Notes under the pieces: model-generated
Seen by the model: the letters and a program-made list of their open reading frames with translations, nothing else
What the model was told of the DNA's origin: nothing
Database searches by the model: none
Position numbers and translations under genes: made by a program
Source: Octopus vulgaris
Taxonomy: Eukaryota
NCBI GenBank assembly: GCA_951406725.2
Contig: OX597822.1
Coordinates: 49,166,001-49,230,000 of the forward strand
DNA: 64,000 nucleotides
Direction of reading: 5' to 3'
Shown here: positions 14,161 through 25,666 of the stretch, in pieces
Position numbering within the stretch: the first letter of the stretch is position 1
Layout of the letters: every line of letters starts with the position of its first letter

Positions 14161-14529
14161 GGAGAGAGAGAAAGAGAGAGGAGGGAGAGAGAAAGAGAAG
14201 AGAGGCAGAGAAAGGGAGTGAGAGATGATGATGATGGTAGTGGAGATGGAGGTAGTGGTGGTGGAAGTAGCGGTGGCGATTGGATAATGAAAAGTGTATG
14301 TTCTTTTATAATTGAAGTAAGTTTTTTTTTATATCACCTATATATGATCCTGGGAAGATAAAATGGCACGAACAGAGGGGAGGGGGTTCAAATAATGAAA
14401 ATAGAAGAGTGAACATGTACCTAGTGCTGACTTGACAGCACTAGATACAGTGTCGTATATACATTATATATGATAGTATGTGCAGTGAGTGCACATGCTG
14501 TATATAACATACAAGACAAAACATTCCTA

Positions 14530-14730
14530 GGCAGTGTGGTGCGTTGTGTTCTTGAGCAAAACACTTCATCTCACGTTGCTCTGCGATCACTTCGACCCCC
14601 GACGCGTGGTGCACAGTGCACCTGTTCAGACAACGTCGATTTGATGGAGATATTGAGCTAACGTGCGGCACGAACATTTGATCATTATAAACAAATCATT
14701 TGTGCAGGTCATTCGTCAAAAGTGAACGCT
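14530..14730 (+). mobile_element. Partial SINE (family B, central domain)
   Basis: GCGTTGTGTTCTTGAGCAAAACACTTCATCTCACGTTGCTC, shared with the 32909 element. Confidence 0.6.
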
Positions 14731-15290
14731 CATACGTCATCTTCGTATCTCATGTCATTGTATTTATCAAACTTTTTCTGCGCTTTCTCATTGGTATCAA
14801 AGGGGCATGCTATATCCACCTTTATGCATTCACGAGATGATTTGTGAAAGTTAACCATGTCGTGCCGAGAGTTTTCCATGACTTTATCTGTTTGTAATTT
14901 ACAATCTAACAGGACCTTTGTATTTTTATTCTCCAGCACCTTCTCAACCCTGTGATGACACCACTTTTCGGAAGAAGATAAGTTGTACTTCTTACAGTTT
15001 TCTCAATGAACGACGTTTGCCACACTCTCATGTCTCCAGTCATTTTATACACTTTCTGTGCTCCTTTTGGGCATTCTGAAACTGTGTGCGACCGTTTCTC
15101 CTCTTTCACCGCACATCCTACACTTCCCGTCAATATTTTCTTCAACACTGACTTTCCTGTTGTTTCTCGTTCGCAATGCTTGTTCCTGTGCAGCCATAAT
15201 AATTCCTTCTGGCTCTCTCTTCAATCAGTTCCAGTTCTTATCTCCTCAAACCTCGTCTTGGTAACAGTTTTGTGGAAGATGAATATGTGC
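14730..15290 (-). mobile_element. R4/Dong-clade LINE fragment (zinc finger and RLE), decayed
   Basis: ETRRNY../IMAAQEQALRTRN...GKCRMCGERGETVAH..SECPK; KVLLDCKLQTDKVMENSRHDMV...IKVDIACPFDTN...KFDKYNDMRYE. Confidence 0.8.
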
Positions 15291-15797
15291 GGAAATAGTG
15301 TGAGGAGAGATGGAAAAAGAATGTACGAAGATCCAATTCAAATGGAATAGGAAGGAGTTCTGAGGGCTAGGGGTCAAGTGAAGTAAATGAGTAGTGGGAA
15401 GACAAAGAGGAATGATGGATGAAAAGACAAATACGTAATGAAAGACTTGTATAAAGAAGGAGGGAGGGAGGAGGATGAAAACAGTATGTAATGACAATAA
15501 ATAATGAAATTTGAGGAGTGGTGGTAAGAATTGTAAAGGAAAAATTTTTTTCATGTGGGGATGACAAAATGGCACGAACAGAGGGGAGGAGGTTCAAATA
15601 ATGAAAATAGAAGAGTGAACATGTACCTAGTGCTGACTTGACAGCACTAGATACAACGTCGTATATACATTTTATATGGTAGTATGTGCAGTGAGTGCAC
15701 ATGCTGTACATAACATACAAGACAAAACATAAACACATGCGCGCGAACACATACATACGCACACACATATATGCATACATATATACATATTTGTGTA

Positions 15798-15833
<36 letters not shown>

Positions 15834-15839
15834 CGTATG

Positions 15840-15903
<64 letters not shown>

Positions 15904-15911
15904 TAAAATAT

Positions 15912-16930
15912 TAAAAAGTACAGGACATCACCAACGAGCGAAAAACAAACGCACGAGAGATAAAAATACCAAAAGATGCACAATAAGAACAGAACATCAA
16001 CAACGAGTGAAAAATACGTAAACACGTAACGAGCGACAAGTACGAGACAAAATAGCAAAAGAAGTCTAACTTGACTGTTTATTACTCCCTATTTCGAGCT
16101 TTCAACGACAAGACAGGAGAACGTCATAAGTCAGCAGCATCCAAAAAGCTTTTTAAATATAAAATTTGTGGTGAGTTAGGGCTTTGAACGAACAAACAGC
16201 AACAGAGTGGACGTACAGAGTAAATAATCGACGAAGACAAACATTAAGGGCTGTTAGGTCAAAATACATTGTAATGGGTAAGGCCTGGCAGAAAGTTTGA
16301 AAGGATATAGAATAAGTAGAAGAGAAGAAAATAATAGAAGAAAAACAACTATCGGGAGGCGAGAGAAATGACGTCCAGCCAGGTGAACGTCGCGTCCAGA
16401 AAAAAACAGGGATTAGAGAAATGGCATGTAGTCACGTGTGAGTAAAGAAACAGAGGAGAAGGGGACATGAGAGAGGATGAGGGAAAGAAACAATGGCAGT
16501 GGGGAGAAGCGAGAAGGAACGAAAGATAGTAGGGAGTGGAAGAAAAACAGTCAGGGGACAGCAAAGAACAAGGGTGAAGAAACGGAAAATAAAGAGGGTT
16601 ATAGAGGGATAGAGAGAAAGAAAACAGAGTCTCGAGTCGCAGATTTATTTATAATTTCTGTCCACTCTGTTGTTGTTTGTTCGTTCGAAGCCCTTGTTAT
16701 TAACAAATTTTATATTTTAAAATTTCTGGATGCTGTTGTCTTATGAAGTTTTTCTACTTTGTTGAAAGCTCGAAATAGGGAATAATTAACAGTCGACAAC
16801 TGAGGAGGAGTTGAACTTCTTTTGGTGTTTTGTTCCGTACTTGGCTCTCGTTATGTGTTTACGTATTTTCACATGTTGATGTCCTGTTCCTTTTGTGTTT
16901 TTTTTTTGTATTTTTCCTGTACTTAATGTT
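15912..16930. repeat. Inverted pair of Penelope-associated terminal-repeat-like segments (15912-16110 vs 16760-16925)
   Basis: TCCCTATTTCGAGCTTTCAAC vs GTTGAAAGCTCGAAATAGGGA; flanks also align as reverse complements. A related sequence lies at ~28160-28460. Confidence 0.6.
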
Positions 16931-17049
16931 TATTTTCATTTGTTTATAATCGATCACGCAGCCGTGTCCACAGTAAGTTCTTACATTTATATATATATAT
17001 ATATATGGATGATACGCAAATTCGTGAAGCATTCCATATTTTTCATGTA

Positions 17050-17215
17050 GGCGTAGGAGTGGCTGTGTGGTAAATAGTTTGCTTACGAACCACATGGTTC
17101 CGAGTTCAGTCCCATTGCGTGGCACCTTGGGCAAGTGTCTTCTATTATAGCCTCGGGCCGACCAAAGCCTTGTGAGTGGATTTGGTAGACGGAAACTGAA
17201 AGAAGCCCGTCGTAT
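17050..17215 (+). mobile_element. SINE family A, 5' half
   Basis: GGCGTAGGAGTGGCTGTGTGGTAAATAG...GAGTTCAGTCCCATTGCG...GGAAACTGAAAGAAGCCCGTCG. Confidence 0.85.
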
Positions 17216-17813
17216 ATGTGATACCGTCGTATAAGATGATACCGACACAGTTATCAATATATCGTATGTATAATTAATATTAGCTGTCGTAATCATGACA
17301 ATCAAAGACTATAAAACAATTTCAGTTATTTGGTGCATAATTTTTTGGGGAAGTTTATCAATAATAGAGGGCTCATCGATTATAGACTTATTCAGTGAAG
17401 CTATTACAGAAATATATTACAACAATATATATATTACAATATACATATATATATTACAATATACATATATATATTACAATATACATATATATATATTACA
17501 ATATAATATAATATAATATACTATAATATATATATTAATGCAGACATGTATGTAATTTATTACTTATAAAATATAATAAAATAAATTATATATACATGTT
17601 TATTAAGCTGAGGAACTTGTCGTTAAATTTCTAATGATAAAATAAATTGTAACACAGTATATTTCTTTCGATATTTATAATTTTATACATTTTTTATGTT
17701 TTTCTTTTGTATCGTACTATATATTCTTTGTGCTTTGTAGAATGATACATTAAGAAACATTTTTTATGAGTGCCACCGGGTTAGTCGAATCCATATTTTG
17801 TGACATATATATA

Positions 17814-18062
17814 TAAAATTTATCAAAGGACGTACTAAGTATGTCTACCTGCTAGAAATAACAGTCAAAACTCTTATTAATTCGCCAAAAATACACTGAT
17901 GAAAACTACAGAAATCAAACGAAGGCAAAATCAGATTTAACCTGATTTTGCCTTCGTTTGATTTCCGTAGTTTTCATCAGTGTATTTTTGGCGAATTGAT
18001 ATGAGTTTTGACTGTTATTTCAAGCAGGTAGACATACTTAGTATGTCCTTTGATTAATTTTA
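17814..18062. repeat. Near-perfect palindrome, ~121-bp arms, 7-nt loop
   Basis: Arms 17814-17934 and 17942-18062 are reverse complements with six mismatches by my count; loop ATTTAAC. Confidence 0.95.
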
Positions 18063-18190
18063 ATCCCTCGGCTATTTAATACTATTTTTAGCCTGCTATC
18101 GCCTGTGTCATTGATTCTGTTATTATCATTTTAAAAATAGTTACATTGGATAATAGTAGAATGAATGGCACCTTCATCAATTAATTTTTG

Positions 18191-18238
<48 letters not shown>

Positions 18239-18242
18239 TGTG

Positions 18243-18502
18243 CCTAGGGTGTTGGAAAACACCTACATTGCTAGAAATAAAAGCTAAATCGCTCTAATGA
18301 ATGAAAGCATATACATTAATAGAGACCATAATCGCCCGAAAAGTGCCGATTGACAATTCTTAATACTCACGCGTCACTTTCGGCAATTTCCGTGTTGCCT
18401 CATCAGTTAAGACAGCTCAGCTTCGGCTCTTTCTGGACTCGCTTCGCTATTAGCATTTATGTTTTCGTCATCCAAATAATTGGATGATTTAGCGATTCGC
18501 TG

Positions 18503-18557
<55 letters not shown>

Positions 18558-18852
18558 ATTAATATAAACAGCAGTTTGCAATGTTTCACGAAAAAGGAGA
18601 ATTACAACTGTCACTAAATGTGATAACGGAAATTGTCGCGTGAGTATTAGGAATTCTCGATCGGCACTTTTCGGACGATTATGGTCCCTGTTAGTATATA
18701 TCTTTTCATTCATGTGTATTAACTACAACATTAGAGTGATTTAACTCTTATTTCTAGCAATGTAAGTGTTTCCTAACATCCTAGTGATATTTAGTGACAT
18801 TTGTAATTCTCCTTTTAAGTGAAACATTGCAAACTGCTGTTCCTATTAATTA
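18243..18852. repeat. Two interleaved inverted-repeat pairs
   Basis: A (18243-18393) / A' (18626-18784) and B (18557-18620) / B' (18788-18852), in the order A-B-A'-B'. Confidence 0.85.
18358..18412 (-). ncRNA. Type I hammerhead ribozyme-like motif
   Basis: TCTTAA CTGATGA GGCAA-CACGGAAA-TTGCC GAAA GTGACGCGTGAG TA|TTAAGA: 6-bp stem I, intact core, 5-bp stem II, GUA cleavage triplet. Stem III is imperfect (two G.G mismatches) around a palindromic ACGCGT centre. Confidence 0.65.
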
Positions 18853-19200
18853 TATATATATCAAATATTATTTATAAGCTTGAACATGGAGAGATTCAAT
18901 GAATATAAATAAATAAATAAATTAATTAATAAACATTGCCTACAATTGTTTCACTTCACATCCGATTTAAATTACAAAACATATATGATAATATAAGTTT
19001 GCATTTTGTATATCCTGGGTGGAAACTAAATATTAATGATATAAGCATAATATAATAAGCATAACTTAATTTACAAACCAAGCATAGGACAAAAATAATA
19101 TAAATATAAATAATATATACAATATATAATATAATACTTAAATATAAATTTAATGATAATATTGAGTATTGATCTCTATTAATTAATCAGATAATAATCC

Positions 19201-19276
19201 TATTTTAGATGCAAATATTATAAATCTATCGATAGCACTATTTTAGATGCAAATATTATAAATCTATCGATAGCAC
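19201..19276 (+). repeat. Perfect 38-bp tandem duplication
   Basis: TATTTTAGATGCAAATATTATAAATCTATCGATAGCAC x2. Confidence 0.9.
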
Positions 19277-19562
19277 TCTTGATGACGTAATACACTTAAT
19301 ATTTAGACGTACTAATCATAAGATGCGTATAACGTAAGCCCTGTATCCATATGTGTTCTCTCACACACGCACTTAAATATATATTATAAAGAATAAACTA
19401 TGAATCAATAACTAAATACAAATATAATTACTTCACTACTTATCTTACTGTCTCATATAATAATTATGATTTACTTTTATGATTGACGTTTTCATGGATT
19501 AGATTAAAGGTAATATATATGTATATTAACAAACTGATTTGACTTAATAACACATTGCTAAC

Positions 19563-19728
19563 AGGCGCAAGAGTGGCTGTGTGGTAAGTAGCTTGCTTAC
19601 CAGCCACATAGTTCCAGGTTCAGTCCCACTGCGTGGCACCTTGGGCAAATGTCTTCTGCTATAGCCTCGGGCCAACCAAGGCCTTGTGAGTGGATTTAGT
19701 AGACGGAAACTGAAAGAAGCCTGTCATA

Positions 19729-19779
<51 letters not shown>

Positions 19780-19782
19780 GTA

Positions 19783-19822
<40 letters not shown>

Positions 19823-20010
19823 TGTGTGTGCATGTGCTTTTGTGTCTGTGTTTGTGTATCTATGTGTTTACGTCCCAGTAACTTAGCGGTCCGGCAAAAG
19901 AGCCGATAGAATAAGTTCTAGGCTTACAAAGAATAAGTCCTGGGCTAGATTTGCTCGACTTTAAGGCGGTGCTCCAGCATGGCCGCAGTCAAATGACTGA
20001 AACAAGTAAA
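19563..20010 (+). mobile_element. SINE family A, full length
   Basis: GGCGCAAGAGTGGCTGTGTGGTAAG head (A/B-box-like), internal (TA)/(TG) tract, GCTCCAGCATGGCCGCAGTCAAATGACTGAAACAAG tail. Confidence 0.9.
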
Positions 20011-20792
20011 TGAATACATTCACACGCACATATAAATCAACTTAGACAGTAAACATCTATATACACACATAAACTGGAATGGGCTGTGAATATCCATACT
20101 TATAAATGCAGTTATAGTTATAGAAATATTCGATAACTTTTGACTGATATACGCACACTCTTACGAACTAATAACGCAACTTAATCAGTAACGATCTGTA
20201 AACGCGCGCAAACACACACTCATACATGAACGATGACATCCATACTTTGTATTCAATAACATTATTTTTAATATTTATATATTTCATTATTTTCATAATT
20301 TAGTATCAACCTTTATTTTTTTCCTTTATTTTTATTCTTACATGCTTTAATTCATTATTATTATTATTATTGTTGTATTCAAATAAAAATAAATGTATTA
20401 ACGCATGCGGGCGCACACATACACACACACACGCACATACACTAAACACGCTTTCATTCGCTTAGTCTGTTGGAGTATTTCAACGGATCAAAATGTGATC
20501 TCTGTATTGTTCCTTTTACTCTGAAGAACTTCCACCTAGGATACTGAAAATGCAAACTTATATATTATTATAAATGTTTTGTAAACAAAATTGGGTGTAA
20601 AGTGAAACAGTTGTAGGCAATGTTTTTTTTAATTAATAAATTAATTTATATCCAATGAAATTCTTTATTTTAAAACTTAATAATATTTGATGTTTTATAA
20701 TATATGCATTGAAGAAATATCTTAAAAATATAATATATGGTATATTGGATAAAACTATCCCTATAAAAGGTTTAAATGTCCTCATAATGTGA

Positions 20793-20892
<100 letters not shown>

Positions 20893-22475
20893 GTGTTTAT
20901 GTATGAATTTTAATACTGAGATTTCAATAAAGAATATTTTAATTACGCCCATGCCTTTTCTTAATATACTTTTGAAGTAAATGAAAGTGAACAGTTTTTA
21001 GTTTGGATTAAGAGGCAAATCTTAGCATTGTTTTCGGAACTTACATTCATTAAATGTAGTCTATGTCCTAACAAAGCAGCATCTACGTGGTTGCATGACC
21101 GGCTAGAAATAGAGGCTATATATCCCTTAAATCACCCCCTATGTTTTAAAAATTGTGCCAGTAACTCATTTGTCAACATGGTATTAGACATATAACACCT
21201 GAAAAAGATAAAATGGAATGGCCAATTACCGAACGCTTTTTGATCATATAGATCCTGAATCAGGGCTGACCGATCTTAAGCAACAGCATTGTTATACTAT
21301 AATGAGTCAGAATAGTATGTGAACAATCATTCAAACTGCTAGAAATAACAATTAAACTTCTTTCAAATCACGCCTTAAAGTGTTAAAAAAGGAAAGACAC
21401 GTTTTATAATGTAAGTCTCAGGTTCCGTATTCCCGTAAAAAAACGATATGTCCAGGGTTAAAACGGTTTTGATTATAACAGGTGAACTTGATCAAAGCCA
21501 ATCTGGAACTAATCAATTACAATAAATATCATATATCTCAGTAACTGAATTAGATGCTTTCGTGGTGGTGAATATCTAAGATGGAATGTTGTGCAGCATT
21601 TACCACGTGACCTGTAATCAGAACCAGGATCCAAATCCAATGATTATGGTACCAGGCCGAGACAATTGCTGAACTCAGTGATTTTGACTAAACATAGCCA
21701 AAAGAATATTCAGAAAAATTATCTAAAGTCAAACTTTCCCGATAGCTTGATGGAGTGAAGCAATATCGAAATACAAATTTGGACTCAAGATTTGTTACCA
21801 AGTCATCCGATACTTTCTTCAGTCGGTCATATTACTTCTACATAGTAACATTTTACAATATCGTTATGACATTGGTTATAGTAGTGCTCATAATGTGCAT
21901 TACCATGTATGTAGCATACAACAGAAACATTATCAACAAGTGATATAAGATCCCGTTTCAAGATCAGAGCCCTTTCAGTACAGTCTTGTTATTTATATTA
22001 AAAGTGTTTTATGTTGTTATTGCTGCCGTTATTGTTTAGCCCTAGGTCAACCTCACTTGAGCAATCATATGATAAAAAATACTCCAGCTAAGACTGTCCG
22101 CTTTTTTCAGTGTATATAAGATTACAGTACCTAATGTGTCATTCATGTGTGAATTGAAGAACATTTGGTTACTATTTTTAAGTGGTCGAACGGCCATGTA
22201 GATTTTTCGCTGGTTCAGTCACATATAGATTACTTTCTTTGTTGTTGTTCTTTAAGCAAAATCAGCTCTGATAATGCTGACCCATGATTCAAAAGTGTTC
22301 CAACTGTGACCAACCCATCTTTTTGCATCTATTTTGTATATCTAGGACTGTATTATCCTATGTGACGTTAGTTTTTTTAAGGCAGTAGGGAGTAGATTAG
22401 GGGACATTTGACTGTTTTAAATAATAAGATGAGCGACTTGGTCGAGGCTCCACCATTGGCTCTTGTTTGGTATAG

Positions 22476-22481
22476 TTTATT
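22476..22481 (-). terminator. Candidate proximal polyadenylation signal of the GPCR gene
   Basis: AATAAA on the minus strand about 160 nt after the stop codon. The AT-rich context makes chance occurrence possible. Confidence 0.3.
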
Positions 22482-22640
22482 AAGAAAGCTAAAAATAATT
22501 GCGTAATAGTAGCGCATCATAATATAGACAATTGTCTTGTCTGTTATATGTGGCTCATATTTGATTGAAGATTATTGCCACGTAGAAATAAGAGATTCGG
22601 CAAGGCAAGCTATTTCATTCTTACCATCTTGCTATGCTTC

Positions 22641-22850
22641 TTATAAGCTTGTAGCCTCGTGATAGTCGTCCAAGTTGATTACCACACGTTTCCCGTTAAT
22701 GTTCGGTGATGACGGAGTCGACTCTGGCAAATCATCTTTTTTTGCCGCTTCCGTCATTGCCGACAGTTTATGCTGTAAGTGAGGATTGCCTAACTTCATG
22801 TTTCGCTGTTTAAGTAATTCCAGTTGAGTGTATAGGCGGCGGAATTCTTC
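22641..22850 (-). CDS. GPR158: GPR158-like GPCR terminal coding exon (C-terminal coiled-coil and stop)
   Basis: Acceptor TTTTCTCCAACAG|. Encodes EEFRRLYTQLELLKQRNMKLGNPHL...DDYHEATSL*, matching GPR158 DELKKLYAQLEIYKRKKMITNNPHL. TAA at 22643-22641. Confidence 0.9.
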   Translation of the reverse strand, partial: EEFRRLYTQLELLKQRNMKLGNPHLQHKLSAMTEAAKKDDLPESTPSSPNINGKRVVINLDDYHEATSL

Positions 22851-23211
22851 CTGTTGGAGAAAATAAGACAAAGATCAACAAAACGAAACTGTTCTTTTCC
22901 ATAACCTATAAACAACAACAAAAAAAAAGAAGATAATATTAGATGTATTGAAAGATATTACCAGAGATAGATATACATTCAATCGCGTATGTAAAAAAAA
23001 AACAAACATATACTGGAGGTCCTAAAAGTAACTCCAGATTTAAAATTTGTCGCTTTATAAATTTATTTTCTATTTCAGATTTGTCGTTTGCTTAGTGTGA
23101 AAAAGGTATGATATGATAATAATAACGACATTTATGATAACGATCCTATTCATAACACGTTAATGCACACACAAACATGGAACAGCGCTCTCTGTTTGTT
23201 AATTTCTATAT

Positions 23212-24430
23212 ATCAGGTCATCTCATAAGTTCTGTCCGAATTTGGAATAAAGAAAACAAGTGATCAAATGTTATATTTAATTGAAATTTATTCATCAATG
23301 TACTTTCCTTGATTATCTATGACTTCCTTCAATCTATTTACAAGCTTTTTAATCCCATCAATGTAAAACTCTTTTGGTTTCAAAGCGAAGAACTCTGAAA
23401 TGTCAGTTTCGACCTCCTTCTAGCTTGCGAAAGTTATGTCCCCCAAATGGTAGTCTGAAGAAGCAAGGTCGGGAGAATGAGGTAGATGAGGAATTGTTGC
23501 AGTGTGGGGTGACGCATTGTCCTGATGAAGCATCAATCCTTTTCGAATTTATTTATTTATTTTTTTCTAGTTAATTTTAGTTAATTTTTGTATATTTTCA
23601 AATGGAATGTCAAGTTAAGAAAAACAAGCATTTTGGACACCTCATTTTAAATTTTAACCAAGGTTCTAAGGTTGCAAAAGCTGCTCGCAACATTTGTGCT
23701 GTGTATGGAAATGGTGCCATAGCTGAAAGAACCGCTCGTGATTGGTATGCCAAGTTCAAAAATGGAAATTTTGACCTCAAAGACGCACCTCGTTCTAGCC
23801 GTCCAGTTGAGTTCGATGAAGAGCTATTAAACCAACTTTTGCACGAAAATACTCGTCAAACGATAAGGGAACTAGCAGAGAAAATGTTATGCTTCCACTT
23901 TGCTTTAGAGAAGCATCTTCACTAGATGGGAAAGGTTCAGAAGTATGGAGTATGGGTTCTGCATGCTTTAAGTGAAAGAACAGATGTTCAACAAATGGAA
24001 CGACTCAACACGGCTATTCAAGAGAAAAGACCTAATCGTCAGCATAGAGTTATTTTGCTGCACGACAACGACTCCCGCCCTCATATCGCCAATATGACCA
24101 AGGAAGCCATTCAAACGCGTGGCTGGGAAGTGCTGCCACACTCGCTGAAGCTGTACTCTCCTGATTTGGCACCAATGGATTTCCACCTCTTTCGATCTCT
24201 TTCAAATGATATGCGTGGAGTTTCGTTCAATACTGATGCAGAATTGAGAGCTTTGTTGGATCAATATTTCGAGTCGAAATCGGGCGATTTCTACCAACGA
24301 CGTATTGAAAATCTTGTTGGACGTTGGGAAGAAGTTGTAAACAGCAATTAATCAGTTGTTATTTTTTATTAAAACTTTTAAAATTTTAAATTAAAAAAAA
24401 AACGGCGGGAACTTAGTTGCTAACCTAATA
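23212..24430 (+). mobile_element. Composite mariner remnant: inverted 3' fragment (23212-23540) plus internally deleted mariner (23540-24430)
   Basis: HTH region MECQVKKNKHF...WYAKFKNGNFDLKDAPRSSRP, WVLHAL, HDND..PH...YSPDLAPMDFHLFRSL; right TIR AACTTAGTTGCTAACCTAATA. The 23212-23400 segment reads as a mariner C-terminus and TIR on the minus strand. Confidence 0.88.
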
Positions 24431-25666
24431 GAATTTGATAACGATACTACTTTGAAACAATTTGATATGTTGAAGTATATTACTTTGTGATCAAGTAAAT
24501 AAGATTTCGAGACTTCTCAATAAAACGTTCAAAGGGTTTGACGATGGACTATCGAAATTGAAACTTTTCATATTTTTTCTCATTCACAAGTATCTAGTTG
24601 TTACTGTTGTTGCTTAACCCCAGGCAGAACCTTTGATCAAAGGTGTTTCGTAATAAATTTGTTTAATCATTGTCACGTTTTTCAGATAAAATGTATATAA
24701 ACCACATTATCGAATGCGGCCTCCTTCTTTACAGTATAAAGTATGACTTGAGGGAAAATTGGCTCTTATTTCAATAGCTCAAACAATCACATAATCTTTT
24801 TCGCTAGTTTGATGGCGTCCACGTCTCTGTAGAAATAAAACAGGTAAGGAAATAAATCTTTCCCTGAATAGAAAGCTGTCCTCTGGTAGATAGCTTCTCA
24901 GTGAGAGAAAATAAAATATTCAGCAGCCCAAGGAAAGGAATCTTTTGGAATCCCAGAGTTGAGTCACGTTGACTATTCTTACAGTTAAATAAACCCGGCC
25001 GTTTCGTGGTCACAGACACTGTGCTTGCCCGATGATACCATACGAACCACCAGCTTCTCAGACGGTGGCAGAGTACCGAATCAATACAGCCCTCGACTTT
25101 AAATCTTAGTTTTTTTCAGATGATGAGATAAAATTACGAAGAATATTAAAGAGAGAGTTGTTAGTACATAAGTTCCTTCGTAGAAGAAACTTAACTATAG
25201 TTGCTTATGTGAATAATTTTAGAAGACAACTCAAAACAACCTCAGTGTATTCGTTCTTAGAAATATATATACTTAAATAATTATGTAATTATTATTAATT
25301 ATGTTTTATCTCAATTTAATGTTTATAACGCCAAGTCATCAGAAAATAGCTACGAGTACACCTACTGGCCAATATTTACACGTTGCTTTGCAATTTATTT
25401 TGTCACTTTAATGTAATCAATGTAATATTGGCCAGTGGATGTGATCACACTAGAAGTATTGCTTCCGTTCTTAAACCATGATAGTTTCATGTTTAAAATT
25501 TGAACGTTATTCCTCCGTCATCGGTAAGTACCAGTAATATAATGTTAGTCTGCGAAACAGCTGAATCGATATTCTTGCTGCCAGATTGTTAGCCGAAAAG
25601 ACGTTCGTTGGAAATGCATCACTGATTTTAATTACTTGTGTCAAAGATATTTAACGTCACGTTATA

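Larger units (their letters stand above)
14357..15730 (+). repeat. Direct repeat pair of ~170 bp (14357-14524 and 15563-15730)
   Basis: AAAATGGCACGAACAGAGGGGAGG..TTCAAATAATGAAAATAGAAGAGTGAACATGTACCTAGTGCTGACTTGACAGCACTAGATAC...CATACAAGACAAAACAT occurs twice with few mismatches. Confidence 0.85.
18859..20692. repeat. Long-range inverted repeat (~165-bp arms: 18859-19026 and 20528-20692)
   Basis: AAACATTGCCTACAATTGTTTCACTT...ATAAGTTTGCATTTT..TATCCTGGGTGGAA vs TTCCACCTAGGATAC..AAAATGCAAACTTAT...AAGTGAAACAGTTGTAGGCAATGTTT. Confidence 0.85.

Noticed and set aside
17896-17915. CTGATGA...GAAA inside the 17.8-kb palindrome as a hammerhead
   Set aside because: No stem II can form between the core segments; at most a decayed relic.
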